A DNA stretch of 64,000 nucleotides from Candidatus Spongiisociaceae bacterium (GTDB lineage: Bacteria; Actinomycetota; Acidimicrobiia; Spongiisociales; Spongiisociaceae): NCBI GenBank assembly GCA_965219685.1, contig CBDCOH010000002.1:256001-320000 (forward strand), written 5' to 3'. How positions within the stretch are numbered: position 1 is the first letter of the stretch; each line of letters opens with the position of its first letter. The translations under genes were made by a program, and so were the position numbers. Below the pieces are notes generated by a model that searched no databases, had not been told where the DNA came from, and saw only the letters and a list, made by a program, of their open reading frames with translations. Positions 60,866 to 64,000 of this stretch are shown piece by piece.

Positions 60866-62443
60866 GTGTCCCGCCGGTGGGCAGCGGTCATCGTCATGGT
60901 GGGCCTCGCCTGGGGCGGGCTTGCCGCGGTGTTCGCGGTCGATTGGTCGCCGCGGCTCGGCCTCGACCTGCAGGGTGGGACATCGGTAATCCTTGAAGCC
61001 CCCGCGGGATCCGACGAGCGGGTGGTCGAGACGGCCGTAGAGGTGATGCGCCGCCGGATAGAGGACTTCGGCAGCGTCCAGGAACCGGAGATCTCGGTGA
61101 CCGGGGGAACCTCCATCCTGGTGCAACTCCCCGGCGTCACCGATCAGGACCGGGCGCTCGACGCGGTGGGGAGGACCGGTCTCCTGTCGTTCCGGCCGGT
61201 GCTCTCCTGCACGACCGTGGGGCTGTCCTTCACCTGCATTCCGAGCGAACGTTCGCCCGTCCAGCTGCGCGCCGAGCAGGAGGGGGAGGACTTCGTCTAT
61301 CCGGAGGGTGTCGATCCGGTGACCGGGCTCACCGTCGAGGACGACACGACCGAGCCTCGCTCCTACCTTCCCGAATATGACGACGACGGCAACATCGTCT
61401 CCATCTTCGAGGTCGGCCCGGCCGATCTGTCCGCCCACCACGACGGGCTCTGCCTGGAGGGGTTCGTCGACTGCTCGCGCCTGCCCCGGACTCCCTCTCC
61501 GCTCACCGGCGCCGAAGTGGAGTCGGCTCTGGCCATCTTCGGGCAACAGGTGGACAGCGCCTGGACCGTGCAGCTCAACCTCACCCAGGACGGCGCCGGA
61601 AGGTTCGCGGCGGTTACCGGGCTGCTGGCCCAGTACCCCCAGGGGACTTCCAACCGCCGGCTGGCGATCGTGCTGGACGGAACGGTGATGTCGGCGCCCG
61701 AGGTGTCGGTCGGTGTGGGGCCGGAGGGCATCACCGGCGGCACCGCGGTGATCACCCTCGGCAACACCGAGAACGCCCAGCAGGAGGCCGAGGATCTGAC
61801 CACGGTGCTGCGCTACGGGTCCCTCCCGGTCGCCTTCGAGAGGTCGTCGGTCCAGAAAGTCTCCGCGACGCTGGGGGAGGACTCGCTGCGGGCCGGGTTG
61901 GCGGCAGGTCTCGGGGGTCTGGCACTCGTCGTGCTGTTCCTCATGATCTACTACCGCGCCATGGGCCTCATAACCCTGCTGGGCCTGACCGTGTTCGGGT
62001 CCCTCCTGGTGCTGATCTTCGGGGTTCTGGGAGCCTGGCAGGGGCTGACCCTGACCTTGGCGGGTGTGGCCGGTGTGATCGTGTCGGTCGGGATCACGGC
62101 CGACTCCTACATCGTCTTCTTCGAACGGACCAAGGAGGAGATACGCAACGGACGCACGATGGTGGACGCCGTCAACGAGGCCTACCGGCGGGCCTTCCGT
62201 ACCATCCTGACCGCCGACTTCGTCTCGTTCGTCGGCGCGGTGCTGCTGTGGGCCCTGGCTATAGGGCCGGTCAAGGGCTTTGCTCAGGCGCTCGGGATCG
62301 CGACGGTTCTGGACGTCATCGTGTTCGCCTTCTTCACCCGCAACGCGGCGGGGATCATGGCGAGAGGCCGGCTGGGCCGGGGAGGGCGGTTCAGCATGTG
62401 GGCGGCGGCCGGCGGATCTCCCCGGGCAGGAGGACCCGCATGA
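60866..62443 (+). CDS. secD: Protein translocase subunit SecD
   Basis: 'LGLDLQGG', 'LAIVLDG', 'LRYGSLP', 'GITADSYIVFFER'. Confidence 0.96.
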   Translation: MSRRWAAVIVMVGLAWGGLAAVFAVDWSPRLGLDLQGGTSVILEAPAGSDERVVETAVEVMRRRIEDFGSVQEPEISVTGGTSILVQLPGVTDQDRALDAVGRTGLLSFRPVLSCTTVGLSFTCIPSERSPVQLRAEQEGEDFVYPEGVDPVTGLTVEDDTTEPRSYLPEYDDDGNIVSIFEVGPADLSAHHDGLCLEGFVDCSRLPRTPSPLTGAEVESALAIFGQQVDSAWTVQLNLTQDGAGRFAAVTGLLAQYPQGTSNRRLAIVLDGTVMSAPEVSVGVGPEGITGGTAVITLGNTENAQQEAEDLTTVLRYGSLPVAFERSSVQKVSATLGEDSLRAGLAAGLGGLALVVLFLMIYYRAMGLITLLGLTVFGSLLVLIFGVLGAWQGLTLTLAGVAGVIVSVGITADSYIVFFERTKEEIRNGRTMVDAVNEAYRRAFRTILTADFVSFVGAVLLWALAIGPVKGFAQALGIATVLDVIVFAFFTRNAAGIMARGRLGRGGRFSMWAAAGGSPRAGGPA

Positions 62444-63495
62444 GCGCCCTGGGCAGGCTCTACCGGGCGGAGACATCCTTCGGGTTCGTCGGCCAGGCGC
62501 GCAGGTGGTTCATCGTCTCGGGAGTGGCCCTGCTGCTGTGCCTGGGAAGCCTGGCGATCCGCGGCTTCAACCTCAGCCTCGACTTCACCGGAGGAACCTC
62601 CATCACCGTGCCCAATCCGGCGGGCGCCGGGGTGGGCGAGGTGCGGTCGGTCCTCGGCTCGTTGGGAGGTACGGCCCGCGTCCAGCTCATCGACGACGGC
62701 GCCGCGGTCCGGGTGCAGACCGAGGCGGTCGATCTGGAGACCGAGCGCGAAATGGTCCGCACCCTCGTATCGGTTACCGGGAGCGAGATCGAACTCACCG
62801 ACGTGGAGTCGGTCGGACCCACCTTCGGTCGCCAGATAGCCCGCCGAGCCTTGCAGGCGCTGGGTGTGTTCCTCGGCGTGGTGGTCGTGTTCATCAGCAT
62901 CCGCTTCGAGTGGAAGATGGCGGTCGGGGCCATCGCGGCGCTCATTCACGACCTGATCCTGACGGCCGGCGCGTACTCCCTGCTCGGGTTCGAGGTTACC
63001 CCTGCCACCGTGGTGGCGGTCCTGACCATCCTCGGCTACTCCCTGTACGACACGGTGGTCGTGTACGACAAGATCAGGGAGAACATCGCCGAGGACCAGG
63101 AACGGCGCACCTATTCGGCGCTCGTGGACCGTTCGATGAACCAGGTGTTGATGCGTTCTATCAACACGTCCCTCACCAGCCTGCTGCCTGTGGGGTCCCT
63201 CCTGTTCATCGGTTCGGCCCTCCTCGGCGCCGGGACGCTGCGGGAGTTCGCGCTGGCGCTTTTCGTGGGTATCGGAGCGGGGACCTACTCCTCGATCTTC
63301 ATCGCCGCGCCGCTTCTGGCCCTCTGGAAGGAAAGGGAGACCGAGTGGTCCCGGCGGCGCTACCGCTCCGAGAGGAAAGCGGCCCGCCGGACGGTTTCCG
63401 GTCCCGAGCGCGCCACACCCGGTCCCCGCCCGGGACGGCTCAGTTCACGTGGTCAGCGGGCCACAGGTGGACGGGCCCGGAAACGCAAGCGGTGA
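62440..63495 (+). CDS. secF: Protein translocase subunit SecF
   Basis: 'LDFTGG', 'VGPTFG', 'LIHD', 'GYSLYDTVVVYDKIREN', 'RSINTS'. Confidence 0.96.
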   Translation: MSALGRLYRAETSFGFVGQARRWFIVSGVALLLCLGSLAIRGFNLSLDFTGGTSITVPNPAGAGVGEVRSVLGSLGGTARVQLIDDGAAVRVQTEAVDLETEREMVRTLVSVTGSEIELTDVESVGPTFGRQIARRALQALGVFLGVVVVFISIRFEWKMAVGAIAALIHDLILTAGAYSLLGFEVTPATVVAVLTILGYSLYDTVVVYDKIRENIAEDQERRTYSALVDRSMNQVLMRSINTSLTSLLPVGSLLFIGSALLGAGTLREFALALFVGIGAGTYSSIFIAAPLLALWKERETEWSRRRYRSERKAARRTVSGPERATPGPRPGRLSSRGQRATGGRARKRKR

Positions 63496-63550
63496 CCCGC
63501 CGGCACGAGCAGCACCGGCCCCCGAGCCCCGCACCCGGTAGGATGGCCCC

Positions 63551-64000
63551 ATGAGTCCGGCGCAGTTGAGCGCCCTGATCCGGGACATTCCCGGATTCCC
63601 CACCCCGGAGGTGGTGTTCAAGGACATCACCCCGCTACTGGCCGATGCCGCGGCCCTGCAAGCCGCGGTGGAGTTGATCGCGGCGCCTTACAGGGCGGCG
63701 GGCGTGACCACCGTGGCCGGGATCGAGGCAAGGGGATTCGTGCTGGCTCCGCCGGTTGCTCTGGAACTCGGGGCGGGGTTCGTCCCTCTCCGCAAGCAGG
63801 GCAAGCTCCCGTATCGCACGCGGCGGGACGTGTACGACCTGGAGTACGGAACCGATGTCCTCGAGATCCATGAGGACGCAGTCGGCCCGGACGACCATGT
63901 GCTCGTCGTGGACGACGTGATCGCCACCGGCGGGACGGCCGGCGCCGCGGTCCGCCTCATCCGGGGACTGGGCGCGGACCTGGTCGCGGTCGCCGTGCTG
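63551..64000 (+). CDS. apt: Adenine phosphoribosyltransferase (runs off the window end)
   Basis: 'IPGFP...FKDITPLL', 'EARGF', 'RK.GKLP', 'LEYG', 'VDDVIATGGT'. Confidence 0.95.
   Translation, partial: MSPAQLSALIRDIPGFPTPEVVFKDITPLLADAAALQAAVELIAAPYRAAGVTTVAGIEARGFVLAPPVALELGAGFVPLRKQGKLPYRTRRDVYDLEYGTDVLEIHEDAVGPDDHVLVVDDVIATGGTAGAAVRLIRGLGADLVAVAVL

Overview
High-GC bacterial chromosome segment, most likely from an actinobacterium. Support for that is an F420/PPOX protein, a DUF222-HNH gene, a GAAC-N4-GTTC LexA box and several leaderless-looking starts; class Acidimicrobiia is a guess. There are four zones. (1) 1-16.5 kb: catabolic/transport genes. These include a TetR regulator, an unusual LivH-LivM-LivG fusion + small lipoprotein + MFS-LivF fusion, an enoyl-CoA hydratase, a fused two-module acyl-CoA dehydrogenase, a CoA-transferase III, YihY and an MMPL/RND transporter. 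(2) 16.5-33 kb: a decaying accessory/defence island that begins at the 3' end of the MMPL gene, which is duplicated. It holds remnants of PLD, IS21, DISARM drmA, ImmA/IrrE, DUF222-HNH and hipA. Intact genes of unknown role are interleaved: a TumA/TumE-like pair, a UDG-fold protein, a double-CAP lipoprotein, a membrane-anchored PLD nuclease, a NucS-like nuclease and a zinc-ribbon-HNH. (3) 33-50 kb: mixed accessory and core genes (solute-binding protein + sensor kinase, vapBC, Rieske oxygenase, Nif3, YcaQ, DtxR-family regulator) with several heptamer repeat tracts. (4) 50-64 kb: a Tad/Flp pilus locus, then ruvCAB-queA-tgt-yajC-secDF-apt. No rRNA, tRNA or CRISPR array was seen. All family calls come from motif recognition by eye; no database search was run.
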